Notes: a model not told the origin generated them from the letters alone. DNA of 64,000 bases from Patescibacteria group bacterium (GCA_041674765.1 JBAYVE010000001.1:262177-326176); one strand, 5' to 3'. Shown: positions 26,242-35,787, counted from the first letter of the stretch. Numbers and translations: made by a program.

Positions 26242-26760
26242 GAGGGATATTATTAATATACAGATTTCTTGCTTGCAAACAAATTTGGCTAGTCATAGAA
26301 TTAGCTTAAAACAAGGAGATCATTTGGATATCTATAAGATCGAATTCTTCAAAAAGAGGACTGTTATTCATCTATTAATTCCGCCTGCAATCAGGAAGAC
26401 AAGTCAATTGCCCGGTTTCGCCAAAACTTTGATTTTACAATTGCCAAGATTGAAATATCATCTTTGTGATAACGAGCAGCATCAATCATTTGCCGACGAA
26501 CTAGAGAATACCGAATTGGCTCATGCCTTTGAGCATACATTGATTGACTTGATAAGAGGGATAAAAAGGTCGAAGTAATTAAGGCGGTTACTTCTTGGGA
26601 TTGGTCTAAATATCCAAGAAATTCTTTTCAGATAGAAGTAGAATATTCAAAGAAAGACAATATGTTAAAATCGTTGATGAAAAGCGGAGAAGATAATTAA
26701 GGGATTAATATTGCAAACAACAAAGAAGCAAGGTCAGTCTTTGATTTTAAGAGATTACAT

Positions 26761-26804
26761 ATATTGTTGAATTAATTTGCGATCGCAAATTAATTCAACA
26801 ATAT
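26761..26804. repeat. 44 bp perfect palindrome (copy 1), centred on GCGATCGC
   Basis: ATATTGTTGAATTAATTTGCGATCGCAAATTAATTCAACAATAT reads identically on both strands. The 40 bp core is identical to the copy at 27332..27371. Confidence 0.9.
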
Positions 26805-26879
26805 GGCATACATTTATTGTTCGCAAAAAAAAGAATTATAAAAATTCTTTGTGCTCTAGGCAAATATTAGAAGGATCCT

Positions 26880-27358
26880 TTATTTATCCCAGCCTCGATC
26901 TTCTTTGCGCATTTCTTCGGTTTCGGTCGGTCTATTATTGTCATCTTCGAGCCTAAAAGTGTTGCCGATCTCAGGAATTGAGGATTCGATGAAAACTATA
27001 TTCGAGACGGCTGTGACTCGATGGATTTGTCCTGGCTGCATAAAATAGCCTTTGTTCAACTCCATCGGAATCTCAATCGTCTGGCCTTTTTCATCAGACA
27101 AAGTTATTTTTGCTTCTCTTCAATCAGGCATAGAGTTTCGATCTTTTCATCATGATATTGCAAGCTTAAGCGTTTGCCGGCATTGACATGCAAAATCTTG
27201 CCGACGGCTGGTGCTTCGGGCGGGGTATAGACAATCTCAAAACCCCAAGGCTTTTCAACTCTTGTTTGAAAGGGAGTTGTGTAATAATGTTTAGGATTAA
27301 AATTGTTGCTCATTGTAATTTCACTTACTGCAATTGTTGAATTAATTTGCGATCGCAA
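26880..27358 (-). pseudogene. Cupin (mannose-6-phosphate-isomerase-like, cupin_2) gene disrupted by a -1 frameshift in an A5 homopolymer
   Basis: The upstream piece (...EKPWGFEIVYTPPEAPAVGKILHVNAGKRLSLQYHDEKIETLCLIEEKQK*) and the downstream piece (LSDEKGQTIEIPMELNKGYFMQPGQIHRVTAVSNIVFIESS...) together form a complete cupin barrel (PWGxE ... LSLQYHxxRxE ... G ... P.G..HR). Adding one A to the run at 27107..27111 restores a single ORF (...QKITLSDEKGQ...). The likely true start is ATG 27313 (MSNNFNPKHYY). Confidence 0.6.
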
Positions 27359-27372
27359 ATTAATTCAACAAT
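27331..27372. repeat. 42 bp perfect palindrome (copy 2)
   Basis: AATTGTTGAATTAATTTGCGATCGCAAATTAATTCAACAATT; lies 20-45 nt upstream of the cupin start on the minus strand. Confidence 0.9.
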
Positions 27373-27465
27373 TTTATGACACAGGAACCTTAACACTTAG
27401 GGCGAATATTCGACTCTGGCGACAGATGAAAGAACAAAGTTGGGTATAGTACTGATTTTTTTTAT

Positions 27466-27936
27466 CTATTTCCCCGCCGATACCTTCACTTTGGCAGGCC
27501 TAAGTACTGAGTCATCAAACTTGTATCCACTGGTTAGCTCTTCGACAATTATATCAATAGGTTCGTCACTTTGGATATGTTCAATTGCCTCATGAAGATG
27601 GGGGTTAAATTGCTCTCCGACTGTAGGAATTTTCGAAAGGCCGGAATTTTCCAAGATTGATTCTAGCTGTTTCTCGATCTGCTTAACACCTATAACCCAA
27701 TTATTGCTTTCCAATTCAGTCGGCACGTGTTTGGCGGCTAGTTGAAAGTTATCAAGAACCGGCAGGATTTCCATTATTAGATCGGTGTTGGCTTTTTTAA
27801 TCAGCTTTTTTCTGTCTTCTTCTACCTGGCGGCGGAAATTTTGAAAATCAGCCTGGGTTCGTTGCCAACCTGCAGTTAATTCTCCGATTTTCTGGTTTAA
27901 TTCTTCGATTTGGGGATTCTGTTTTTCTTTTTTCAT
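27466..27936 (-). CDS. grpE: Nucleotide exchange factor GrpE
   Basis: ADFQNFRRQ (GrpE ADFxNxRKR motif), N-terminal coiled-coil, C-terminal beta-domain; 156 aa. Confidence 0.85.
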   Translation of the reverse strand: MKKEKQNPQIEELNQKIGELTAGWQRTQADFQNFRRQVEEDRKKLIKKANTDLIMEILPVLDNFQLAAKHVPTELESNNWVIGVKQIEKQLESILENSGLSKIPTVGEQFNPHLHEAIEHIQSDEPIDIIVEELTSGYKFDDSVLRPAKVKVSAGK

Positions 27937-28121
27937 AATTATGCTCCGATTTTGTCATCCTCGGAGCAGGCAAAGCCATGGCCCGGGGATCCAATTCCTT
28001 ATTTTCTGGATTCCCGCCTCCGCGGGAATGACAGGTAAATAATATTACTAATGACTATTAACTCTATAACTTTAAACTATCCTTATGCTATCATAATATT
28101 AAATTAACCTATTTAATAAAA

Positions 28122-29537
28122 GTGGGCAAGGTTTTCAAAAACCTGTATTTCCCTTTTAGAATTTTTACAGTTCTTTCTTTTTCGTTTTTGCTTGGTACAC
28201 TCTTCGTTACTTTCATCAATCTCGATTTCAACCGGTCGTGGCCGGTTTTTTTATTTATAATTCCATTCTTTCTAATCTCGGCGTTTATTAATTTTATTTT
28301 AAATAATAAATTGATTGTCCTATGGAGTTTTGCGTTGCTAGCTTTCAGTTTTTCGCTCTTCTATTATTCATATTTCGAAGCCAAGAACAAGGTCAATCTT
28401 CCTTATGACCAGGAGATCGAAATCACCGGCCGGATTGAGAAGCGGCCGGAGGTTGACTGGGAGAAACAGAAATTGGTTGTTCTGGCTCAAATAAATGATC
28501 AAACGATCAATATTTTGGTCAACGCTCCCCATTTTCCCGAGTACCATTTTGGTGAAACCGTGAGAATCAAGGGCAAGATCGTAGAGCCTGTGAATCTCGG
28601 TGATTTTGACTATAAAAGTTATCTAAAACGCTATCTGATTTTCGGCCTTATCAATAATCCTGAAATTTCCTTTGAAAATGAGAACCATGGGATTTATTGG
28701 AAAACTTGCGAATATCTCTATAATATCTCGATTGCCTTCGAGACGACAATAAATAGGTTGATTTCCGAACCTCATGCTTCTCTGGCAGCAGGACTAATTC
28801 TGGGAGTTAAGCGCAATATTCCAGATAATTTGATTGATCAGTTAAAGATTACCGGATTAACGCATATTATCGCACTATCGGGTTTTAATGTAACGATTCT
28901 AATCGCCGTATTTAGCAATTATTTAGTCGGAATTGTCGGCCGGAAGAGGGCGTTTTGGCTCGGGCTTCTTATGGTTATAGGATTTGTTTTAATGACGGGT
29001 GGGGCGCCAAGTGTTGTTCGGGCCTCAATTTTTTCACTGTTAATTCTCTTTGGTCGTACGGTCGGCCGTCAGGCTGATCAGACAAATTTGATGTTGTTGG
29101 CAGCCTTTGTTATGGTAATTTTCAATCCTTTTATCGTTCGATATGATATTGGTTTTCAGCTTTCTTTTATAGCTTTTGCCGGCCTAATTTATTTAACTCC
29201 AGTAATTGAGAAAGGGATTGAAAAGTGGCGAACCAGAGCTTTGCCCCAATTTGTAAAATCAATGCTAGCCGAAACACTAGGGGCTCAGTTCGCTGTTATG
29301 CCGATCTTGTTTATTCAATTTGGTACCATTTCCCTAATTTCTCCATTTGCTAACATTCTAGTTGTTTGGATTGTTCCGTGGGCCATGTTGGCAGCATTTA
29401 TCGCCGGCTTAATTGGCATTATTTATTTCCCATTGGGCAAATTAGTCGCATTATTGCTCTGGCCATTTCTCGAATACATTATTAAAATAGTGGAGTGGCT
29501 AGCGCAAGTGCCGGGAGCGGCGATTAATTTTAAATAA
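28122..29537 (+). CDS. comEC: ComEC/Rec2-family DNA internalisation channel (DUF4131 + competence domain only)
   Basis: N-terminal TMs plus an OB-like DUF4131 region; competence-domain core LAAGLILGVKRNIPDNLIDQLKITGLTHIIALSGFNVTILIAVF. No fused MBL domain. GTG start in the track. Confidence 0.8.
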   Translation: MGKVFKNLYFPFRIFTVLSFSFLLGTLFVTFINLDFNRSWPVFLFIIPFFLISAFINFILNNKLIVLWSFALLAFSFSLFYYSYFEAKNKVNLPYDQEIEITGRIEKRPEVDWEKQKLVVLAQINDQTINILVNAPHFPEYHFGETVRIKGKIVEPVNLGDFDYKSYLKRYLIFGLINNPEISFENENHGIYWKTCEYLYNISIAFETTINRLISEPHASLAAGLILGVKRNIPDNLIDQLKITGLTHIIALSGFNVTILIAVFSNYLVGIVGRKRAFWLGLLMVIGFVLMTGGAPSVVRASIFSLLILFGRTVGRQADQTNLMLLAAFVMVIFNPFIVRYDIGFQLSFIAFAGLIYLTPVIEKGIEKWRTRALPQFVKSMLAETLGAQFAVMPILFIQFGTISLISPFANILVVWIVPWAMLAAFIAGLIGIIYFPLGKLVALLLWPFLEYIIKIVEWLAQVPGAAINFK

Positions 29538-29665
29538 TTAGTAACAAAAATATTATTGTTCGACTCCGTGTTCTCGCGGGTGGAGAACCTGGAAATAGAA
29601 CTGCTCCAACCTCGCAGCACCGAGGGGTCGAAGAATAATAGGTAAAATTAGAAATTTAAAGAAAT

Positions 29666-30520
29666 ATGTCAAAGCTAACCAAAACCTTACTATTTCTCTT
29701 TCTGCCAGTTGCCGTTTTGATTTGGGTGGAAATTGCAAAGAGTCCGACCGCTGATTCACGAAAAGATCCGGCGGTCTATTTTCTCGATGTCGGTCAGGGG
29801 GATGCGCAATTAATCCAAAATGGTAATTATCAAATTCTAATCGATGGCGGTCCTGATGATAAAATTTTGCCAGAACTCGGTAAATATATGCCGGTAGGGG
29901 ATAGAGAGATCGAAATTGTCATACTTTCTCATCCGCATGCCGATCATTTGGTGGGCTTAAATCAGGTAATCGATCGGTATCAGATAGGGAGAATTTATAC
30001 CAACGGCGTGCTTTATGATTCCAATCAGTACGAGGAATTTATCGATAAAATTAAAGATAAAAAGATTGAGACGGTAATACCCAAGATCGGTGAATCGATT
30101 ATCCCATTTACCAATTCTGCTCTAACATTTCTCTGGCCTGGCGAAAAATATAAGGATCAAATAATTAAAAATCTTAACAATAGTTCGGAGGTAGTTAAAT
30201 TTTGTTATCTTCTAAAATGTGTTCTGTTTACAGGAGATCTGGAAGAAGATGAGCAAGCGAATATGTTTACCTTTTATTCTTCAAGCGCCGGTGATAATTT
30301 CAAGGCAGATATCCTCAAAGTTCCGCATCACGGTTCATCAACTGGCCTTTCGGACGACTTATATAATTTCGTTGCGCCTACAGCGGCGATTATTTCAGCA
30401 GGGATTGATAACAGATATGCCCATCCGCACAAACAAGTAATTGATTATTTAAGTAGCAAAAACATCGAAATCAGGCGAACGGATTTGGAGGGAACTATTG
30501 TAACTGGATTGGGTCAATAG
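29666..30520 (+). CDS. MBL-fold metallo-hydrolase (ComEC C-terminal beta-lactamase-like domain as a separate, membrane-anchored protein)
   Basis: Signal/TM, then DVGQGDAQLI, ILSHPHADHLVGL and LKVPHHGSSTG, which are the motifs of the ComEC/Rec2 lactamase domain. Confidence 0.7.
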   Translation: MSKLTKTLLFLFLPVAVLIWVEIAKSPTADSRKDPAVYFLDVGQGDAQLIQNGNYQILIDGGPDDKILPELGKYMPVGDREIEIVILSHPHADHLVGLNQVIDRYQIGRIYTNGVLYDSNQYEEFIDKIKDKKIETVIPKIGESIIPFTNSALTFLWPGEKYKDQIIKNLNNSSEVVKFCYLLKCVLFTGDLEEDEQANMFTFYSSSAGDNFKADILKVPHHGSSTGLSDDLYNFVAPTAAIISAGIDNRYAHPHKQVIDYLSSKNIEIRRTDLEGTIVTGLGQ

Positions 30521-30652
30521 TCTATTGGATTGAAAAAACGGTGATTTTGGAGTAGATTACAAATGAATTATGAATTACGAATTACGAATAATGGTAATAA
30601 TGAAGTAATCAAACTTTAATTCTTAATTCTTTATTCTTAACTCAAATTAAAT

Positions 30653-31384
30653 ATGAGCGGTCATAGCAAATGGGCTACAACCAAGAGAAAAAAAGGCGCA
30701 ATCGACGCAAAGCGATCGAAGGTTTTTACGAAGGTGGCAAAATTAATCACAATTGCGGCTAGAGACGGTAAAAGTGGGGATCCGAATATGAATCCCTCGC
30801 TTCGAATTGCTGTCGACAACGCCAAGGCCGTGAGCATGCCCAAGGAAAACATTGAGAGAGCAATTAAGCGTGGTATTGGCGGCGGCGAGGGCGGGGCTGA
30901 TCTGGCTGAAATCACCTATGAAGCCTATGGGCCAAACGGCGCGGCTATTTTGATTGAGTGTTTGACTGATAACAAAAACCGGGCGCTTGGCGAGATCAAA
31001 GCCGTTTTAAGTAAGGCTGGCGGTTCTCTGACTAGTGCTGGCAGCGTTTCCTATCAATTTAAAAAAGTTGGCCAATTCATTATCGACGAGACAAAAAATG
31101 GTCTTAAAGGGGAAGATATGGAAATGGTGATTATCGACTCTGGAGCGGAAGATTTCGCGCGGGAAGATGATATCTATGTCGTTACTTGCGCATTTACCGA
31201 CCTAAATAATGTCAAACACAAGCTCGAAGAGTCGGGTGTAATTATCGAGAGCGCGGAAGCCGTCCAGACTCCAACTTCTTATGTAGATATTCCGGAAGAG
31301 AAAAAAGAATCTATCGAGCGTCTTCTGGAAAACTTAGACGATCTGGATGATGTGAATAATGTATACAGCAACGCAAATCTTTGA
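30653..31384 (+). CDS. yebC: YebC/PmpR family DNA-binding transcriptional regulator
   Basis: MSGHSKWATTKRKKGAIDAKRSKVFTKVAKLITIAARDGKSGDPNMNPSLRIAV is canonical. Confidence 0.95.
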   Translation: MSGHSKWATTKRKKGAIDAKRSKVFTKVAKLITIAARDGKSGDPNMNPSLRIAVDNAKAVSMPKENIERAIKRGIGGGEGGADLAEITYEAYGPNGAAILIECLTDNKNRALGEIKAVLSKAGGSLTSAGSVSYQFKKVGQFIIDETKNGLKGEDMEMVIIDSGAEDFAREDDIYVVTCAFTDLNNVKHKLEESGVIIESAEAVQTPTSYVDIPEEKKESIERLLENLDDLDDVNNVYSNANL

Positions 31385-31507
31385 GTAAATACAAAATACC
31401 AAGCACCAAATAACAAATAAATCCTAAATATCAGTTATCAAAAATTGAGAGTTAGGATTTGAAGATTATTTGGAATTTGTTATTTGTAATTTGGAATCTT
31501 AATTTTT

Positions 31508-31999
31508 ATGTCAATAAAAATATTAGGTATTGATCCGGGTACAGGTCTTATGGGCTGGGGATTAATCGAAAAAACCGGAGTGAAAATTATTCCTCTCAAA
31601 TACGGCTGTATCAGAACTCTTCCAAACAGTAATAAATTTGACCGACTTTTGCATATTTATCAATCCTTATCTGATATAATTGAGAAGTGCTGTCCTGATG
31701 AACTTTCTATCGAAGAGCTTTTTTTCTTCAAGAATCAAAAGACAGTAATTTCAGTAGCTGAGGCTCGCGGAGTTGCGGTGGCGGTAGCAATGAAATTTGG
31801 GCTTAAGGTTTTTGAGTACACTCCGCTCCAGGTGAAACAAGCGATCACGGGCTATGGGAGGGCCGATAAAAAGCAGATTCAAGAGATGGTAAGGATCACT
31901 TGTAATTTGAAGGAATGTCCGAAGCCGGATGATGCAGCCGACGCTTTGGCTATTGCCATCTGCCATGCACAAACTAATCAACAGCTAACTGTTGATTAG
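31508..31999 (+). CDS. ruvC: Crossover junction endodeoxyribonuclease RuvC
   Basis: ILGIDPGTGLMGWGLIE plus the later catalytic acidic residues (DAADALAIAICHA). Confidence 0.9.
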   Translation: MSIKILGIDPGTGLMGWGLIEKTGVKIIPLKYGCIRTLPNSNKFDRLLHIYQSLSDIIEKCCPDELSIEELFFFKNQKTVISVAEARGVAVAVAMKFGLKVFEYTPLQVKQAITGYGRADKKQIQEMVRITCNLKECPKPDDAADALAIAICHAQTNQQLTVD

Positions 32000-32092
32000 T
32001 AAACTCCAAATCCCAAAAAACAAATTCCAAATAAATTCCAATTCAAAATGTTAAAGTTATTTGTTGCTTGAATTTTATTTGTTTTTTGTAAT

Positions 32093-33112
32093 TTGCGATT
32101 TGTTATTTACTCCGAAGGAGGGTTTGTGCCAGAACTAAGACAAAATATTATCACCGGAGATTGGGTAGTTATTGCCCCAGAGCGGGCCAAGCGGCCTCAG
32201 GACTTTGTGATCCCAAAGGGTGTTCGGATCACAGATAAAACAAAATGTCCGTTCTGTGTTGATTCAGACGGATACAAAGCAAACAAGAAATTAATAGAGT
32301 TCGAAACCGATGAACTATATGTCGTTCCGAATAGATTTCCTGCTTTTATTGAAGATGAAGCGCAAAAATCAGTTAGGAGTTTTTATCCGGAAAAAGGATT
32401 CTATCGGGCCAAACCTTCGGTTGGGAGGCATGAGGTTGTTGTCATAAAAGATCATAACGAAAGATTAACTACGTTCAGTCGGCCGTTAATAGGCAAAATA
32501 TTAGAGGCGATAAGAGACAGATATCTGGCGCTGAAAAAGGATAATAGGATTTCCTCTATTATGCCGATATACAATCACGGTGCTGAGGGCGCTGCGTCGA
32601 TTGATCATCCGCATGCTCAAATTTTTGCCTCAGGTATTGTCGCCAATACAGTCGGGCGGGAAATTGATGGAGCAGAGGATTATTATGGGATAAATGGAGC
32701 TTGCGTTTACTGCGATATGATTAAGCATGAGGAAAAAGAAAAAGCCAGAATTGTTTACCAAAACGATCAATTCATTGCGATAAACTTTTTTGCCTCTAGA
32801 TTTCCATTTGAGACATGGGTTCTGCCCAAAAAACATGAGAGCCAATTTGAAGAAACCAGTAAAGAGAGCATGACAGAATTCGCCGATGCCTTACATAAAG
32901 TCTTCCATATGCTGGACAAGACCTTGCAGAATCCACCGTTAAATTTTTATATTCATACTTTGCCAACTATTCATGAGAATTCAGCTTCTTATCACTGGCA
33001 TCTGGAAATTACGCCAAGAGTCTCAAATTTTGGCGGGTTTGAATTAGGAAGTGAGGTAATCATAAATGTAATGTCTCCGGAGGAAGCCGCCGGATATCTA
33101 AAAGAGGGTTAA
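32093..33112 (+). CDS. GalT-branch HIT-family nucleotidyltransferase (galactose-1-phosphate uridylyltransferase-like)
   Basis: GDWVVIAPERAKRP N-terminus, Zn-ligand KCPFC, and the active-site IDHPHAQIFA (HxHxQ). Confidence 0.7.
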   Translation: MRFVIYSEGGFVPELRQNIITGDWVVIAPERAKRPQDFVIPKGVRITDKTKCPFCVDSDGYKANKKLIEFETDELYVVPNRFPAFIEDEAQKSVRSFYPEKGFYRAKPSVGRHEVVVIKDHNERLTTFSRPLIGKILEAIRDRYLALKKDNRISSIMPIYNHGAEGAASIDHPHAQIFASGIVANTVGREIDGAEDYYGINGACVYCDMIKHEEKEKARIVYQNDQFIAINFFASRFPFETWVLPKKHESQFEETSKESMTEFADALHKVFHMLDKTLQNPPLNFYIHTLPTIHENSASYHWHLEITPRVSNFGGFELGSEVIINVMSPEEAAGYLKEG

Positions 33113-33115
33113 AGC

Positions 33116-34663
33116 TTATCGGCTTGAGCCACTTTTTTTGAGATGTTGATTTATAACTTTTATCATTTTTTTATAATATTCTTCAGCCTCTTCAGCGCTC
33201 TGGCCAATGCAGATGGCACCAAAACGGCCGTATTCTTCTAGCATACCAGTAATATAGAGAAGGACACCTTGTTTTGTTTCTTTATTGAAGGAAATTTTGC
33301 TATTCTTGACCAAGTTGATCAGCTCCTCTGAGTTGAATTGCCGATATTTCTGATCCTCTATAAAATCCATGGCATAGTAATGGATTGGAGTCTTGCCGGA
33401 CATTAGATTTCCTGTCGTCGGATTATAGATGGCCCCCGTCAGGAAGAAAGCAGTTCTAAAAGGATGCGTGGTACCTCCTTTTCGGAGGTTAATTTCGATT
33501 GGCCAAACGATCGGATTTTTATGATTTTTGTCGTATACTACAACATAATCAATCGCAAAGTTACCAATAATGCCCTTCTGAGCTAGCACATTTGCGATTT
33601 TTTCGCCCTCTTTTATTATGAGTCTTCGGTGTGAAGGTATGGTCGGAAACTTGCAACCCAAAAATAATTGATTGTCCGGTCCGCCGAGAATTTGCTCATG
33701 AGTAGATACAATCCTGGCCTTTTTATCGGCGTTGATCAGAACCTGAGTGCTTGGGGAATATTTTATTTGTCCTGGGATATATAACTCAATAATTCCGCCA
33801 CTTTGGTTGAATTTTTTCACATAGTCGGCGTAAACCTCGTCCTCTTTTTGAAATATCATGTAATCTTTTAAATTAGCCTTGATGATTTTTTCTAGTTTTT
33901 GGGAGTCTGTCCTAACTGAATCGACATTGTGATCCTCAAGGAGGTGACCGATTCTTACGATGCAGTTGCCTTTGCCAGATGAAGAATAATTGCGTTTAAT
34001 CATCAATTTCTTGTAATTGGGGTATTTCTTGATTAGTTTGACGATGCTTGCGATCAAATCATTGAAATGCATGATGTCCTCAAAACCAGGGATTGTGTTT
34101 GCTTTGGCCAACCGGAACATTTTTCTGGCCCCGCTCTTAGTGCCGATAAAATCAAACTTCTGGCCAGATCCAAAAAGAGGCACCCCTAATTTTATAGCCA
34201 GTTCCCTTTCTGCTTCGGTGACATTGTATGTGCGTAGAACCGTTCTTTCAGGGTTATCGAGCTCATTTTTGATTTTTTCGATTATTCCCGGATTATCTAA
34301 AACTTTATGAACAAGCGCCATATTCTTTTTGTTATCAACTTCAATATGAACAAGTCTTTTTAGGCGTTCATTCATGTCTGCCTCGTCTTCTGAAATCAAC
34401 CCTACATAATAATTAAACAGATCTTTGTTGAAGCCTTTAGTAGTGACATAAACAATCTTGGTGTTTTTATATTTTAGGAGAAATAGAAAAAAGAACATTC
34501 TTTCCTCTGTATACTTAAGACCCTGAACCTTTGACAAGTCGACATACTTCGGGTGATTTAATCCCGGTACAACGACAAAAGTCCTTTCACCACGATAGCG
34601 ATAGTTCAATATTTTGGAATTCCGTTTTAGAATCTTTTGTAAGTTGGAAAAACTGTCTTGCAT
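33116..34663 (-). CDS. Large ATP-grasp family ligase (515 aa; PGM1-like / pre-ATP-grasp architecture)
   Basis: ATP-grasp C-terminal core NFAIDYVVVYDKNHKNPIVWPIEINLRKGGTTH (E-x-N-x-R Mg-binding motif) and upstream IIELYIPG. The long N-terminal region has no match to amino-acid/peptide ligases that I can recognise. Confidence 0.5.
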   Translation of the reverse strand: MQDSFSNLQKILKRNSKILNYRYRGERTFVVVPGLNHPKYVDLSKVQGLKYTEERMFFFLFLLKYKNTKIVYVTTKGFNKDLFNYYVGLISEDEADMNERLKRLVHIEVDNKKNMALVHKVLDNPGIIEKIKNELDNPERTVLRTYNVTEAERELAIKLGVPLFGSGQKFDFIGTKSGARKMFRLAKANTIPGFEDIMHFNDLIASIVKLIKKYPNYKKLMIKRNYSSSGKGNCIVRIGHLLEDHNVDSVRTDSQKLEKIIKANLKDYMIFQKEDEVYADYVKKFNQSGGIIELYIPGQIKYSPSTQVLINADKKARIVSTHEQILGGPDNQLFLGCKFPTIPSHRRLIIKEGEKIANVLAQKGIIGNFAIDYVVVYDKNHKNPIVWPIEINLRKGGTTHPFRTAFFLTGAIYNPTTGNLMSGKTPIHYYAMDFIEDQKYRQFNSEELINLVKNSKISFNKETKQGVLLYITGMLEEYGRFGAICIGQSAEEAEEYYKKMIKVINQHLKKSGSSR

Positions 34664-34797
34664 TTTATTATTATAGTAAATTATTGTTTTCTTAGCGATA
34701 GATTGTAAAGAGCTCAGAGTTCAAGTATATTATTTAGGAATTTATCTATAAACTTTTACCATAAAAAAGAACTTCTTACAAATTTTATCGGAGAAAA

Positions 34798-35787
34798 ATG
34801 TTATCAAACTTCAAGGGATCTAATAAAACACTGATTGAGGAAGCCTTGAGCTGTGGAATAAACTTAGTAGATACTATTGGTGAAAAAGTAGCTTTGCTGG
34901 AACATGACGGTCATTTTGAATACATTCATTCCCGTACCAGTTCCAAAACCGGGGCATTCGCTCATATAGTATGCAAAAATAAAGAATTATCCAGCGAGAT
35001 TCTATCAAGAGCTGGCATATCTTTACCGAAATATGCTTCTTTTCATAGTGGAGACTTCAAAGACGGGGTCAAATTTGCGAAGTCATTTCAATGGAAAGTA
35101 GTTATCAAACCGAGCGATTCGTCCGGAGGAGAAGGGATAACTACTTTGATCGAAAATGAAGATGATTTCGAAGCAGGCTGGAAGATTGCCGGCCCTGGCA
35201 AAATAATTATCGAAGAAAAATTTTTCGGATGTGAATATCGGATTTTTACTACCAGGGATAGATTCATCGCTGCTACTCTCAGAGATCCTGCAAATATTAT
35301 CGGCGATGGCGTTAACACTATCCAAGGATTAATAGATAAGAAAAATGCTGATCAGGGGAGATCACGAGAAGGCGAGATAGACAAGCCTCTGTATTTTATT
35401 AAAGTTGATGAAACAGCATTAAATTTTCTGAAAAAGAATAATTTGTCTACTGAATCAGTACCCGATAAAGATCAGAAGGTTTATCTGAGGGAGAACAGTA
35501 ACCTGTTGACGGGGGGAGACAGCATCGACGTTACGGACGAAGTTCATAGTTCGGTCAAGGAAATATGCTTGAAAGCAATAAAATCTATACCAGCCTTGCC
35601 ATATGCCGGCATAGATTTTATGACAAAGGATATTTCTGCCGTCCAGACTCAAGATAGTTACCGGATTTTGGAAATTAATTCTAACCCGGGCATAGAGATG
35701 CATCATCGACCGATGGTAGGAACGAGCCGTAATGTGGCTCGGGAAATTGTTGGAGTGATTTTTCCGGAGGTAAAGAATGAAAAATAA
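34798..35787 (+). CDS. RimK / cyanophycin-synthetase-N-terminal-like ATP-grasp ligase (paralog A)
   Basis: WKVVIKPSDSSGGEGIT (B-loop); IIGDGVNTIQGLIDKKNADQGR; NSNLLTGGDSIDVTDEVHSSVKEICLKAIKSIPALPYAGIDFMTKDIS...ILEINSNPG, which is very similar to the CphA N-domain/RimK core (NANLSTGG..DVTDEVHP...G.D....D...LEVN..PG). Confidence 0.7.
   Translation: MLSNFKGSNKTLIEEALSCGINLVDTIGEKVALLEHDGHFEYIHSRTSSKTGAFAHIVCKNKELSSEILSRAGISLPKYASFHSGDFKDGVKFAKSFQWKVVIKPSDSSGGEGITTLIENEDDFEAGWKIAGPGKIIIEEKFFGCEYRIFTTRDRFIAATLRDPANIIGDGVNTIQGLIDKKNADQGRSREGEIDKPLYFIKVDETALNFLKKNNLSTESVPDKDQKVYLRENSNLLTGGDSIDVTDEVHSSVKEICLKAIKSIPALPYAGIDFMTKDISAVQTQDSYRILEINSNPGIEMHHRPMVGTSRNVAREIVGVIFPEVKNEK

Noticed and set aside
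26134-26260. Search for the CIRCE heat-shock operator upstream of dnaK/grpE
   Set aside because: No TTAGCACTC-N9-GAGTGCTAA-like sequence is present. A different perfect palindrome is there instead (reported as a finding).
26201-26578. 125-aa plus-strand ORF inside the dnaK upstream region
   Set aside because: It starts with TTG inside the 26 bp promoter palindrome, has no RBS, and runs antisense to the chaperone operon's regulatory region. A chance ORF of this length is unusual in AT-rich DNA, so it cannot be fully excluded, but I do not call it.
29559-29633. GC-rich 75-nt element between comEC and the MBL gene considered as a tRNA or SRP RNA
   Set aside because: I could not derive a cloverleaf (no D/T arms, no CCA context) or the SRP domain-IV motif. 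It is kept only as an unclassified structured element.
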